A stretch of 63,126 bases of DNA from NCBI RefSeq assembly GCF_001194135.2, contig NC_068995.1, forward strand, positions 53,521,778 to 53,584,903. The letters are read 5' to 3'. How positions within the stretch are numbered: position 1 is the stretch's first letter; every line of letters begins with the position of its first letter. The DNA is from Octopus bimaculoides. Its lineage: Eukaryota. Under the pieces are notes generated by a model that did not search any database, was not told where the DNA came from, and saw nothing but the letters and a program-made list of their open reading frames with translations. This document shows, piece by piece, positions 1 through 12,249 of this stretch. Both the position numbers and the translations under genes were made by a program.

Positions 1-299
1 TATATATATATATATACATATATATATATACATATATATTAATGTTCGTTTTTGTGTTCATTTATAATAAAAACTATTTTACGTTAATCTGATGGATTAC
101 TCTATACTTTTGTGGAGTACAAATTTATTATTCTTATACAAGTATGTTGTTGACAGTGACTTCGAAGTTTTGGTAAGCTCTAATGTAATTTTAATTAAGT
201 AACATTATATTTTTGTTCCCATTTTTATACAGGAATAGTGCGACTCATACAGAAGTTTATACACAACTTCTATATCAGCCCCGCTTTAGCATACATCTA

Positions 300-720
300 G
301 AACAGAATTTGAACAAAATTTTACAAACAAACATCAAACAAACTCCACAAAACAAGAAAGCTAAAATCCCTTTATATTAATCAAATTGCTTATTGAACAA
401 TGAACACTTGGAGGGAAACATAAACATACAAATTTTACTCAAATACTAATGTGAACATGAAAGCCGAAGAGAAACATCTTCCTATACTTACAAAGCCATG
501 ACATGCCTGAATAATAGCCACAGCGTGACAAATAACAACAACAGATGAAGGTATGACTAGTCTAAACTTACCATCTACCTACGTCCCTTTGCGAAAAAAT
601 GTTGACAGCCAATAACTAACGGCTTAAATGCTGGACTTTTGTCAAAGCAAAAAGGCTTAGTGCAATAATACTAAAAGCAGTAAAAACACTGTCACACCTT
701 GTGCATAACTTACCAAAAGA
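300..720 (+). mobile_element. Possible highly decayed R4/Dong-like LINE ORF fragment
   Basis: A-rich non-microsatellite sequence. Broken frames give LLKY*CEHESRRETSSYTYKA, GLNAGLLSKQKGL and VKTLSHLVH, loosely like the post-RT region of R4-clade LINEs. Resemblance is by eye only. Confidence 0.2.
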
Positions 721-749
721 GAAACACCTGCAGGCTTGTTCGTAAACTT

Positions 750-867
750 CTACAAAGCTTTGGTCAACCCGAGGCTATAGTAGAAGAGACTTGCCGAAGG
801 TGCCACTGAACCCAGAACCATGTGGTTGGTGAGCAAGCTACTTATCATACAGTCAGTCCTCGCGCCT
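750..867 (-). mobile_element. SINE family B, 5' part (tRNA-derived head, CORE-like segment)
   Basis: Minus strand reads aggcgcgaggactgactgtatgataagtagcttgctcaccaaccacatggttctgggttcagtggcaccttcggcaagtctcttctactatagcctcggg. Closely similar to the copy at 27049-27207. Confidence 0.85.
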
Positions 868-911
868 ATAGTATATATACTGTTTCAGCCTATGTACCAT
901 ATGATCATGGG

Positions 912-1110
912 AAGAATATTCCTATACTACCAAGGAAAGAGGACATCAAGTATATTATCGATAAAGCGGAAAACGTCTTGGGGAGAATGAAATGAAAGAT
1001 CTACTTTTTCGATAAAGCTATGTACGGGAGACAGTTACGGTTTTAAGACCTTACAAAGATCCACCCCGTATTAAAGACCTAGATAAAATTAGTTAAAAAT
1101 GTCAAATTCA
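912..1110 (+). mobile_element. Penelope-like retroelement (Naiad-type) ORF N-terminal remnant
   Basis: Translates KNIPILPRKEDIKYIIDKAENVLGRMK*KIYFFDK, then after frameshifts SYGFKT...IKDL...LVKNVKF. This matches the KNIP...KRMRWKAxFF...YGFK signature also seen at 22260. Confidence 0.7.
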
Positions 1111-1353
1111 ACCATAAATCCAACAGTTTCCATATATACATGTGTGTGTGTGTGTGTATGCGAGAGAAAATGTGAAATGTTTTATCTCCAAAACTGGGCA
1201 AAGTGAAACAAAAAAAGCGCTCCCTTGACTATGTAACGAAACCAAACAAACACGGCATAAAAAAAAATCCGATCCAATCTAGAAATTGATCCGAGAATAC
1301 TTCAGGATTTCAAGAGCTCGTTAAATATGAGACGCAGGTAACACCGAAAAATT

Positions 1354-1387
<34 letters not shown>

Positions 1388-2438
1388 CAATGATAATAAT
1401 AATAATGGTGATGATGATGCTGTATATATATTTTATTTTTCTATAGGCGCAACATTTTACAAAATATTGGGTTACAATAACAGATTCTGATGGATATTGA
1501 ATNNNNNNNNNNNNNNNNNNNNNNNNNNNNNNNNNNNNNNNNNNNNNNNNNNNNNNNNNNNNNNNNNNNNNNNNNNNNNNNNNNNNNNNNNNNNNNNNNN
1601 NNNNNNNNNNNNNNNNNNNNNNNNNNNNNNNNNNNNNNNNNNNNNNNNNNNNNNNNNNNNNNNNNNNNNNNNNNNNNNATATATATATATATATATATAC
1701 ATATATATACAAATAACACTTGCACAATTCACATACGGACACAAGAGTGCTCCTGCTCTTTCACTCACACACATACACATACATATACATACATGCATAT
1801 GTGTGTGTTCTTGTGTTATGCATAGGAAATAAATCTCCGCCCCACATTTTGTAATAAAATATTTCTTTTTGTCACCATGGTTACTGAAAGCTGTTTTCCT
1901 ATATTTTTCAATACAATAACTCTGTATCAAGTAACGTTTACATCTTTTTTTTGCTTTTTTTTATATATATAATTTGAAATTCGTCTTAGATATAATACAC
2001 TGCGATATCAATTTGTTTCAGCTGAGTTTCAAAATATATGTAAATACTTCAACAATTCCTTTATACTTCAGTATGCGTTTTGCCTCCCAAACAAACTTTT
2101 TTCAAATTTGGTGTGGTGTTAAGGTTTGCTTCAACTACCCCCACCACCTCTCACGCACAGAAATTGCGATATTCAAGATGAAAGAATAAATAAATGCTTC
2201 TCTGCTCCTAGTTGATATAACTAAGACAATATTGCCCCTCGTTACGGGTAAAATAATCCCTTCTATTTGGCAACATGTTGACTCCTTGATGCAATGAAGC
2301 TCTCAATATTATTTTAACTAGCAGTAAACTGCTTCCCCTCAAAATGTCGCGGTTATCTGACAAGTCAATGGTCAGAGGGAGGGAGCAAAAGATAGACCGT
2401 AAGGAGGATGAAACAAAATTTCAATATTTAGCATCATA

Positions 2439-2645
2439 AGGTGGCGATCTGGCAGAAACGTTAGCACGCCGGGCAAAATGCTTAGCGGTATTTCGTCTGT
2501 CTTTATGTCCTGAGTTCAAATTTCACCGAGGTCGACTTTGCCTTTTATCTTTTCGGGGTCGATAGATTAAGTACCAGTTGCGTACTGGCGTCAGTCTAAT
2601 CGACTGGCCCCTCTCCCAAAATCTCGGGCTTTGTGTCTAGAGTAG
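2439..2645 (+). mobile_element. SINE family A (tRNA-derived), near full length
   Basis: ggtggcgatctggcagaaacgttagcacgccgggc...tgagttcaaatt (A-box and B-box-like)...ggggtcgat...agtag. Near-identical layout to 9975-10178 and 26821-27048. Confidence 0.9.
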
Positions 2646-2966
2646 ACTGTGGCTGTGTGAAGGCACAGGCGTGTCTGTAGGGTATTTCTTAGCAAATACC
2701 TTGAGCAAGATCGTTAACCCAACGCTCACCAAAGATACGGACCGAACGTCCCTTCTCGTCAGCGTTATCGCTTTCAGGTTAACAGCGCTGAGAACTCCTC
2801 CGTTCTTCTGCTTTCTGCAGTAGACGTCTGCCAAAAGGTCACTATACAAGTCGAGCATGAACTCGGAGAATACGTCGGGTAGACCATCTAAAACGGACGA
2901 TCGGCACCTTGTGCAACCGCTCAGCTCCTCTTGTATTTCAGTGATTTCAGTGGGTATTATCAGCAT
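2637..2966 (-). CDS. Candidate orphan coding region, 109 aa, product unknown
   Basis: ATG in A-rich context (aaaacaaaaaATG). Complex non-repetitive protein, visibly more GC- and CpG-rich than the flanks. Possible phase-0 donors ttg|gtgagc and aag|gtattt. The stop codon lies in the adjacent SINE end. No domain recognised. Confidence 0.4.
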   Translation of the reverse strand: MLIIPTEITEIQEELSGCTRCRSSVLDGLPDVFSEFMLDLYSDLLADVYCRKQKNGGVLSAVNLKAITLTRRDVRSVSLVSVGLTILLKVFAKKYPTDTPVPSHSHSLL

Positions 2967-3510
2967 TTTTTGTTTTAAATAAAAGCAAAAATGACTGAAT
3001 GATTTTTCTGAAGTGATACATAATCGATAGATAATCGATATATAATCGACTGTATTAGAATTTATACTTAAAAGTTATTTTATTTTATTGACCAGGTGAC
3101 GATGAAAGGCGAGGTCAAAGACTTAAGAATTGATCTCCGACTGTAAGAGACATAACTGAATATAAATATCTAAGATAGCTACAAACCACAGATTCAGCAA
3201 GAGATTATTAAATCGGCATCATTATTTGAATAGCATCCATTTTATTGGAATTTGAATGATATTTGTTGACTCGATGCGTAAAGAGACGTAACAAAGTACC
3301 GTTGGGCATTTGCTCCTCTGTTTTATTTTCAACCCAGAACTCTCTTTGTTCTTTATCTCATCCACAGGGTAGTGGCGAAACGATTAATGGGGCTTCGATG
3401 AGAGTACTCCTTTTTTGTGTTTGGCTCCTGGAAGTTTTATCTTAATTCTGATGCGCACTCTATTTACTCTTTCGTTTTTCTCTCTTCCTCTCTTTTATTC
3501 TTTTACCTCC

Positions 3511-3618
3511 TGAAATGAAGTGTTTTGTTCAAGAGCACAAAACATTGCCCAGTACAGGAATCGAAACCACAATCTTACGATCATGGGTGCAACACCTTAA
3601 CCACTATGCTTCGCGCCT
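3511..3618 (-). mobile_element. SINE family C head (tRNA-like head plus CORE-like ttgagcaagacact segment)
   Basis: Minus strand reads aggcgcgaagcatagtggttaaggtgttgcacccatgatcgtaagattgtggtttcgattcctgtactgggc...tcttgaacaaaacacttcatttca. Matches 25720-25843 and 32460-32565. Confidence 0.85.
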
Positions 3619-3944
3619 GCACGTGGGTGGTATTAATGGTACTAATACGCTGGTTGTACATTTAGAATTGGTAGCCATAGCAGAAGTACACACAGTGTTG
3701 ATAGCAGAGTTGATAATGGTGGTAGTGGTGGTGGTGGCCGTGGTAGTAGTGCTAATAGGACTGGTTATGGATTTAGTAATGTTAGTAGTAGTGTTACTAA
3801 CAATATTGGTTGTGAATATGTTAATATAATAATTTTAGTGTTGGTGGTAATGTTGATGATAATATTAATAGTGGACATAATGATATAGCAATGGTGGCCA
3901 TCGTGGTAGTACTGTTACTGAAAATAAAAATCAGTAGTTTTGTG

Positions 3945-4080
3945 TAGTCATTTAGCCCCAGGTCAACTTCGATTAAACTGATTTATGATAAAAGGTATTC
4001 TAGCAGTGACAATGTCCCCTTTTTGTTTTTATTCCCACGCTTTGAATCTAAGACATTATTCAAAGAATCCATTTTTTTTA
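3945..4080 (-). mobile_element. Interspersed repeat family D, 3' segment (degenerate)
   Basis: tttagccccaggtca...gatcaaa/ataaaaggtattctagcagtgacaatgtccc resembles the reverse complement of 52285-52315 and 59860-59900. Confidence 0.35.
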
Positions 4081-5291
4081 AAGAAGCGGTGATTGTGATT
4101 TAAAGAAAATTTGGTTGGTTATTGCTAACAGGTCAACGGAATGTATAGATGCTCCGTCGTTGGTTTTGGTGTTGCAGAAATATGGTAGTCGGAGAAGCAA
4201 TGATGTTGATGTGCATTTGGTCGATGCTAGTGAAAGAGTTGTGTTGGCAGTAGTTTATGCTGAGAACAGCAGTGAAGGTGGAGGTGGTGGTCGTGGTGAT
4301 GATGAAGAAGATAATGATAGTTGTGGTGATGCTGGCATGATGGTTTTTGTTGGTGGTGGTGCTGCTGCTGATAATGATGATGGTAGTGATCGGAGAAGAT
4401 AATTGGATGTAGTTTGCTTGTCATCAGGATTACAAAATTGATTGATCATCTCCAACAAAAAAATGAACCCGAAACGAAACGAAAAGACAAAAAAACAAAA
4501 AAACAAAACAAAACAAAACAAAAAACCCAAACAACCAAACAAAAGAAGCAAAAATAAACAAGAAAAACAAACAAAATAAGCCCACCCCCATCACAGAAAT
4601 CAATACCCATCCCCCACTTTTCACCACGAAAAACAAAACGAAAAACAAACAAAACAGAAATGCCATCAAAGACACCCCTCCTAATCAGCCGATAAATTTA
4701 TTGAATGAAGCCATAGTAAAGTTCGATTACTTCAGAAAGTGTGCCATTTATCAATGCTCACAGGAAAAAAAAATATTTATATTTTATATTTTGTTTGAAT
4801 TTTAATTATGTTTTTGATTGGTTTATTTTATTTCATTTTCTAATTAATTTTTTAAAAATTAATTTTGAAATAGTAGTATAGTTGTTGCTGATTTCGTTTA
4901 ACTACAACAAGGAATTCTGGGTGAAAACAACCTATTTCCAGTAAAACTTTCAGATTCAGAATCTCATGTCTAATGCTCTGAACACCACAGCACAAACGAT
5001 TAACTCCCTTGGATGTCGTTTCAATGGGTAACTGAAGACGATTCACTGTACAGATGTCATAAACTTACACAAAAGCCTTTAGCGTAGTTCCCTCTACTGT
5101 AAACTTTCTCACGTGAGACTCTGCCCAGTTGCTTCCCATCACACGCTTTATTACCAGATGTTACGGTTAAGCACCATCTGGATGATTTCCTCCTTGTTTG
5201 AAAAGCATTGGAAATGTCAAAGGTCATTATATATTATAGATGTCAAAGGTCATTATATATTATATATCATATATTATGTATACTATATATT

Positions 5292-5393
5292 CTTTTCTAC
5301 TCTAGGCACAAGACCCGAAAGTTTTGGGGAGGGGGCAAGTCGATTAGACCAACCCCAATATGCAACTAATACTTAATTTATCGACCCCGAAAG
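5292..5393 (-). mobile_element. SINE family A, 3' half
   Basis: cttttctactctaggcacaagacccgaaa...gtcgattagacc...aatttatcgaccccgaaag is the reverse complement of the family A tail. Confidence 0.8.
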
Positions 5394-5460
5394 CATGGCT
5401 GTGTGGTTATGAAATTCGCTGCGTAACCACGGAGTTTCGGGTTCATTCCTATGGCAAGGT
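5394..5460 (+). mobile_element. SINE family B head fragment abutting the family A fragment in opposite orientation
   Basis: catggctgtgtggttatgaaattcgctgcgtaaccacggagtttcgggttcattcc...ggcaag. Confidence 0.65.
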
Positions 5461-5799
5461 ATCTTGTATAACCCATATAACTAATATATCCCAAAGCCAG
5501 CCTACCTTGCGAATATATATATATATAGCCAACCTGCCTTGTGAATATATATATATAGTCAATCCATATATCAAGTGACATGCACTTACTGATTTTGTAG
5601 CAAGCAAATCAGCTAGCTGTTGGAGGCATCCTCCTGGGGTTAAAAATAACAGTAACATCGGTTATTATGGAACAACCATGTTAAAGTGGCAATAAGCATT
5701 ACTTCTTAGTATAGCCCCTGCTTTCACCTCTTACAGAGACTTACTAACGAGCTAATTTGCTTATTTACAAATGGTTATATATTTAGTGAAAGCGCGTGA

Positions 5800-5918
5800 C
5801 CTACTGGTTAGGATGTGACACGATCGTAAAATCAGTTTCGATTCCTGGAACGTGTAGTTGCTTGCGTTCTTGAGCAAAACACTTCATTTCATGTTGATTT
5901 AGTCCACTCACCTGTAAA
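5800..5918 (+). mobile_element. SINE family C head, degenerate
   Basis: tggttaggatgtgacacgatcgtaaaatcagtttcgattcctgg...ttcttgagcaaaacacttcatttcatgttg...agtccactca. Confidence 0.75.
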
Positions 5919-6397
5919 CGCAAGTACAACAACAAGAAGCATTCGGTCTCAATTTTTTTAAAACCTAGCATGAGCAAGATTATAGTGCTGAAATACATCT
6001 TTCCATACATTAAAAAACAAAGCAAAAAAACAGAAAAGGTGATAGGATATGATTTGAGGGAATTTAGGCTGCTATCTTTAGCATATTGAACAACCACATA
6101 GAAACTCCCTTACTGTGTTGTGTATGCATGTAGGCGAGGATGGTTCTGAGTAGTAACGTCTAGCAGCTGTATTGTCCTAGATATTCGAGAAATACAAGGC
6201 TGCAATAATGTTCGTGCAGCTTTTCTTTAGAAACCTTGGCAACGTAGGTAAAGTTGCATCAAGCGAGAACCGGAACCGGAATATTTGTCTCATCTCTGTA
6301 GAAGCTTATCTATTGATCTTCGGCGCTCGCATGCCAAAATTGTTAAGCCATAACAAGATTATATATATATATACATATACATATCTATTTATGTGTA

Positions 6398-6455
<58 letters not shown>

Positions 6456-7870
6456 NNNNNNNNNNNNNNNNNNNNNNNNNNNNNNNNNNNNNNNNNNNNN
6501 NNNNNNNNNNNNNNNNNNNNNNNNNNNNNNNNNNNNNNNNNNNNNNNNNNNNNNNNNNNNNNNNNNNNNNNNNNNNNNNNNNNNNNNNNNNNNNNNNNNN
6601 NNNNNNNNNNNNNNNNNNNNNNNNNNNNNNNNNNNNNNNNNNNNNNNNNNNNNNNNNNNNNNNNNNNNNNNNNNNNNNNNNNNNNNNNNNNNNNNNNNNN
6701 NNNNNNNNNNNNNNNNNNNNNNNNNNNNNNNNNNNNNNNNNNNNNNNNNNNNNNNNNNNNNNNNNNNNNNNNNNNNNNNNNNNNNNNNNNNNNNNNNNNN
6801 NNNNNNNNNNNNNNNNNNNNNNNNNNNNNNNNNNNNNNNNNNNNNNNNNNNNNNTATATATATATATATACATACACACGCACATATACATATATGCATT
6901 ATATTTATATATTTGGTGTTTTTCTTCTCTGTTCGACGTGTAAATCTAAAAAGTGTTTTTCCCAATATTTCACTGATTTTTACCAACCAAGCATTAAACT
7001 GTAGAAATATTTTTTCCGACATTTTCATTTCTATATTTACTTGTGTAGTTATATATATATTTTTGCTTAATTTCTTTCTATTTTTTTGTTTTTTCATTTT
7101 TGGGTGTTGAAACTACAAGTTGTTACTCTTTTTTTTTCGCTCTTTCTCTCTTCTTTTTTTTCTTCTTCTCTAACACAAACCAATCAACCAGCCAACCAAC
7201 CGGCCCACCGCAGCCGACCACCCCCACCAACCTACCAGTTAACCGACCGACCAGCCAACCGACCAAACTAACAAACAAACTAACCAACAAACAGTCTTTC
7301 AAATGTAACAATCCATCCAAAAGCCAAGCCAAATGTGTACCTCGTCACCATGAGCTGTCTAGAGCAATGATGCCAAAACCAATAAATGGCCAAACGCTGC
7401 CAGATACGATTGATTTATCAAGCATTTCACACAGGCGCAGATTTTCTACGGAGTGAATGAGTGAGTTTGAGCGGTCATTTTGCATCACTTCAAGCTTCGC
7501 TGATTTCAATACCCCTTACATCCCGCCAAACACACATTCACTCGCACACACAAATGCGCATACATACCAGTTTTTTCCTCTTTCTCTCTCTCTCTTGCAA
7601 ACAGCTCACATTTCCCCTTTCATCTTCATCTCTCTTTCTCTCCCTCTGCTAGCTCCCACTCTCCCTCCCATTTCCTTACCCTCATTCTCTCTCTCTCATT
7701 TACTCTCTCCCCTCTATTCAATCCAAACCGACCCGACCCTCATTCTTCTCCATCATCGTTGCTTTCTGAATCATTAGCTGCCATTATGGCCAAGAATTTG
7801 TTACACCAACAAATCACTACCATCGGATGTATTCTACTTCAACATACATATTATATATTATATATCATGT

Positions 7871-7928
<58 letters not shown>

Positions 7929-8089
7929 ATATGTATGTGTATATTTATGCATATATGTACACACACATATATACACACATGTATATGTGTATATTTATGT
8001 ATGTATACACACATATACATGCATATATATACATCCTTTACCTACCTACATATATATATATGTAGGTAGGTACGTATGTATAGGATATT

Positions 8090-8126
<37 letters not shown>

Positions 8127-8340
8127 TTAAAAAATATATTATTTGCCTTATCGATTATATTCCAACATGAACAGATCTTTGCTACACTGGCAGGGAAAGA
8201 GGTATATACACACACCCATAAAAAATATCGCAATATATGCATGTATGCACACATTCATAATCGTATATGCATACACTTATATGTTATATATATATATTTT
8301 ATACATACACACATATGTTTTATATATATATGTGTGTGTA

Positions 8341-8384
<44 letters not shown>

Positions 8385-8623
8385 CATATGTACACTGACA
8401 CGAACACACACGAACACTGAAAGACACAGGTTTATAAGCTTGTGATTCATGCACACACAGACATACACATGTAAAGATGTTTCGGTTGTAACGGCAGATA
8501 TTCTATTCGATGCTCTGCCTACATACAGAGACACAGAATTACTTATGCGTGTACAAACTTATACGTATTATATACTTAAGTTATTCCTGTGAAGTAAGAA
8601 TATTTACAAATTATACATTCGTC

Positions 8624-8674
<51 letters not shown>

Positions 8675-9974
8675 NNNNNNNNNNNNNNNNNNNNNNNNNN
8701 NNNNNNNNNNNNNNNNNNNNNNNNNNNNNNNNNNNNNNNNNNNNNNNNNNNNNNNNNNNNNNNNNNNNNNNNNNNNNNNNNNNNNNNNNNNNNNNNNNNN
8801 NNNNNNNNNNNNNNNNNNNNNNNNNNNNNNNNNNNNNNNNNNNNNNNNNNNNNNNNNNNNNNNNNNNNNNNNNNNNNNNNNNNNNNNNNNNNNNNNNNNN
8901 NNNNNNNNNNNNNNNNNNNNNNNNNNNNNNNNNNNNNNNNNNNNNNNNNNNNNNNNNNNNNNNNNNNNNNNNNNNNNNNNNNNNNNNNNNNNNNNNNNNN
9001 NNNNNNNNNNNNNNNNNNTATATATATATATATATATATATATATTTACATACGTATATATGTGTGTGCGTATGTGTGTGTATATACATACATATATATA
9101 TAAAACAAATACACATATATGTAACTCCTATATAGTATTTATATTATGTAATATACATACACATGTATAAATTTATGTAAGCGTATAAATAGACGTCCAT
9201 CCATCTACACACACATACATACAAACGGACCCCTCCCCTCCACAGAGTCTCACTAAACATATGTATCTCTCCCGACTTCATTACTCTAACTATCTTTCTA
9301 CTAGCATAGTAACACAAGCTGTTATTCCACATACAAAGCTTTAATTAACAATTAGTCGAATTGTTATACTGCTGGAAATTTGCCTTCCGGTATTTATATT
9401 AAAAAAAAAAATCATATTTGTAATATGTTGATTAAAGGTGAGCATTCGAGAAATGCAAAATTTTATTTCTATGGTTACAAGCAAATTCAGATCTTCTGTA
9501 GGTACTAAATTGTCTACTGGTATTTTCAGTCTTGGTTATAATTAGTATGACAGTGATTGTCAGTTTGGAAATCAATTAGCCAAGTGGTTATATATATAAC
9601 TTGGCATCAACTTTCCAAACTGTGCAATATGAAGTTCAAATCCACTATAAGTGTTTAGAACGATTTGGTTTTAATCTTAGGCATTTCTCTTAATGATACA
9701 TGTACAGTCTATTATTTACATATTGACGGATACTTGTCAAATGTAAATAATGTAAACAATGTACATAACTGCATAAACACTTTGTTTTTCTCGTTTTGCG
9801 ATAATTACAGCGTGTATAAAATTATCGAAATCACTTAATACAGTCTCTCTTTGCCTGAAGAATAACGTGTAAGATAGGAAACTAAAGCTTACGACTAGAT
9901 ATAGAAGATGCATCTATTTTAATTGTATCTCATGCTTTTCTATGTCCCTATGTTTACATTATTTACATTCTTCT

Positions 9975-10178
9975 AAGGCGGCGGACTGGTAGAAACGTTA
10001 GCACGCCGGGCGAAATACTTAGCGGTATTTCGTCTGTCTTTATCTTCTGAGTTCAAATTCCTCCGAGGTCGACTTTGCCTTTCATCCTTTCAGGGTCGAT
10101 AAATTAAGTACTAGGAGTCGATCTAATCGACTGGCCCCTTCCCCCAAAATTTCGGGCCTTGTTCCGAGAGTAGAAAAG
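9975..10178 (+). mobile_element. SINE family A, full length with 17-bp target-site duplication
   Basis: Family A sequence flanked by the perfect direct repeat attatttacattcttct at 9958-9974 and 10179-10195. Confidence 0.95.
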
Positions 10179-10479
10179 ATTATTTACATTCTTCTGTATT
10201 ATTTACTGTATTAAAAAAACAACAACAACAACAATGAACAAGATTTGCAGACGAAGAATACAACCACAAAAACAATAAGAAAAAAATGTTTTTTGCGTTA
10301 ATTCAGATATAAGAAAGAAACGAACGAAGTTATCTGATAATCTAATACAAGGTAGTTAAATTCTAGAGAGGAATCTGTATGGGAGTTCGGATCCCGAAAC
10401 CTTAACTGAAGATTCATCGGGAAATCAGCTTTCACTTCAGCAGACTGGATTCAGTATTTATTTCTTGGTTTAAGGCGTC

Positions 10480-10800
10480 AACAAATATTCTTCGTGCAAC
10501 TGCGACTCGGTTATTTAAACAGTTCGCATGTATTCTTTTGAAAGACTCCAATTTCTGAAGTAGTTTTCGTTTTGGGCCTGGTGACAGTTTCTAGTTCATA
10601 CAAAAGTACAGACACAATTTTAATGTTATATGTCTTAACTTTGACTTTAATTGGTATTCTATTAAATTTCAAATGGCTTTCCGTTTTATTGCCTATACCA
10701 ATACAATTCTTTGATTGACAGCAAAAGCAACTTTGTCACGTGAAGCTGGCAGCATATGCCATAAATAGTCAGACAAATTTTACTGCTTGCTTTATAGGGC
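10480..10800 (-). mobile_element. Decayed RTE-type LINE reverse-transcriptase C-terminal fragment
   Basis: Minus strand gives LKFNRIPIKVKVKTYNIKIVSVLLYELETV...LQKLESFQK, resembling the RTE motif ISxKTKxRxYxxxVxSVLLYGxETW. Confidence 0.55.
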
Positions 10801-10984
10801 TGCCATAAATACGCACCATCTATGTTTGTCTGTATCTATGTCGACATCTTCAGTCAAGCACTCTGTCTTGTCAAGACTAATTTGGAGACACGTCTATTTT
10901 GTATTTGCATTTAAATGATTAATGAAATTACGAAGGTTGACGACCAATGTAACTGTTAAGAGTAGCAATATCATCTAATAACTT

Positions 10985-11135
10985 ACGTCCACGTAGCCTA
11001 GCGGTTCGGCAATAGATACCGGTAGAATAAGTACCAGGAATCCAAAAAGTAAGCCCTAGGTCGATTTCTCCGACTAATATCCTTCAAGGCGATGCTCCAG
11101 GATGGTCGCAGTCAAATGACTGAAACAAGTAAAAA
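10985..11135 (+). mobile_element. SINE family B, 3' part
   Basis: tagcggttcggcaatagataccggtagaataagtacc...gtcgattt...aaggcgatgctccaggatggtcgcagtcaaatgactgaaacaagtaaaa, ending in (AAAT)n. Confidence 0.75.
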
Positions 11136-11415
11136 ATAAATAAATAAATAAATAAAAGTATATATATATATTTATACATACATATAAACGTACATCGACT
11201 GCATTCATTGATTGACAAACTGAATTAATTACAACTAACCAAAGTTAGAAAGTTATTGTCTATTTTTAAGTTCTAATTATATTAATGAGAATATTTTAAT
11301 TATACAAAACAATTACTAATTTGGCTTTTATTTTACCAATTGACCAAACTCGACCGAAATTTTCTAGACACAATCTATGTATGTATGTATGTATGTATGT
11401 ATGTATGTATGTATG

Positions 11416-11469
<54 letters not shown>

Positions 11470-11924
11470 GTTGTCTGTCTGTGTGTCTGCCTGTCTGTCT
11501 GACTGTGATTGTATGTATGTATATATGTATGCATTTATATATGCAAGCATATATACATTATATTGTTGCATACGTTAGAAAGATAGAGAACACTCGAACG
11601 TATATCTAAAGAAGGTGATGCAATTGCTCTTTATAAATCTGTATTCTAGGATTTTCCAAATTGCGGAGAGGTGTATTCTACCCAAAGACATCGTAAAATC
11701 GATGAAACGGTATTAACTGCGTTGTTGAATTCAATTGATTTTTCTGTAATTTGCAGCCAAGAAAGTATCTGATCTATCGTGCGTCTTGTAGGTCACCACA
11801 GAAAAAGGGAAGAAGGAGTAAAAGTTCCTTATAAGTTGGTACAAAGTGGCAGTTAAGAAGATCGATGGAGTGGTATCTGAGTTGTTATTTTACGGAATGG
11901 TAAAATTAAGGATAAAATACTGTT

Positions 11925-12234
11925 ACAGACGCAAGATTAAGAAGCTTGATTTGTAACCACGTGATTTAGGGGTTCAGTCCAACTGGGCGGCGTCGAGGGT
12001 AGTGATTTCTGCTATAGCCCCGGGGCTCTGTGAGTGAATTTAGTGGACGGAAACTGTGTGGAAGCCTGCCATACATGCACATACACATATATGTCTATAA
12101 GCGTGTCTTTGTGTCTGTTTTATCACCTCCCACAAACAGTTTGGCAACCGGTGTTGGTTTGTTTTGTTCGAGTAAAATCCGTCAAGGCGGTGCCTCAGCA
12201 TCGCCGCACTCCAATGAGTGAAACAAATAAAAGG
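11925..12234 (+). mobile_element. SINE family B, degenerate full-length copy
   Basis: Head (aagaagcttg...ggttcagtcc), middle (gtgagtgaatttagtggacggaaactg), internal (CA/TG) tract and tail (aaggcggtgcctcagcat...tgaaacaaataaaag). Confidence 0.75.
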
Positions 12235-12249
12235 TGAAAAATGAAAAAA

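Noticed and set aside
5055-5205. Possible minus-strand exon ending at a strong gtaagt donor (RKSSRWCLTVTSGNKACDGKQLGRVSREKVYSRGNYAKGF)
   Set aside because: The acceptor is weak, the peptide is not recognised, and it cannot be linked to the 2637-2966 ORF from sequence alone.
5214-5560. Short tandem duplications (~26 bp at 5214-5266, ~32 bp at 5494-5558) as CRISPR-like repeats
   Set aside because: Only two adjacent units each, with no spacers, in eukaryotic DNA. These are ordinary slippage duplications.
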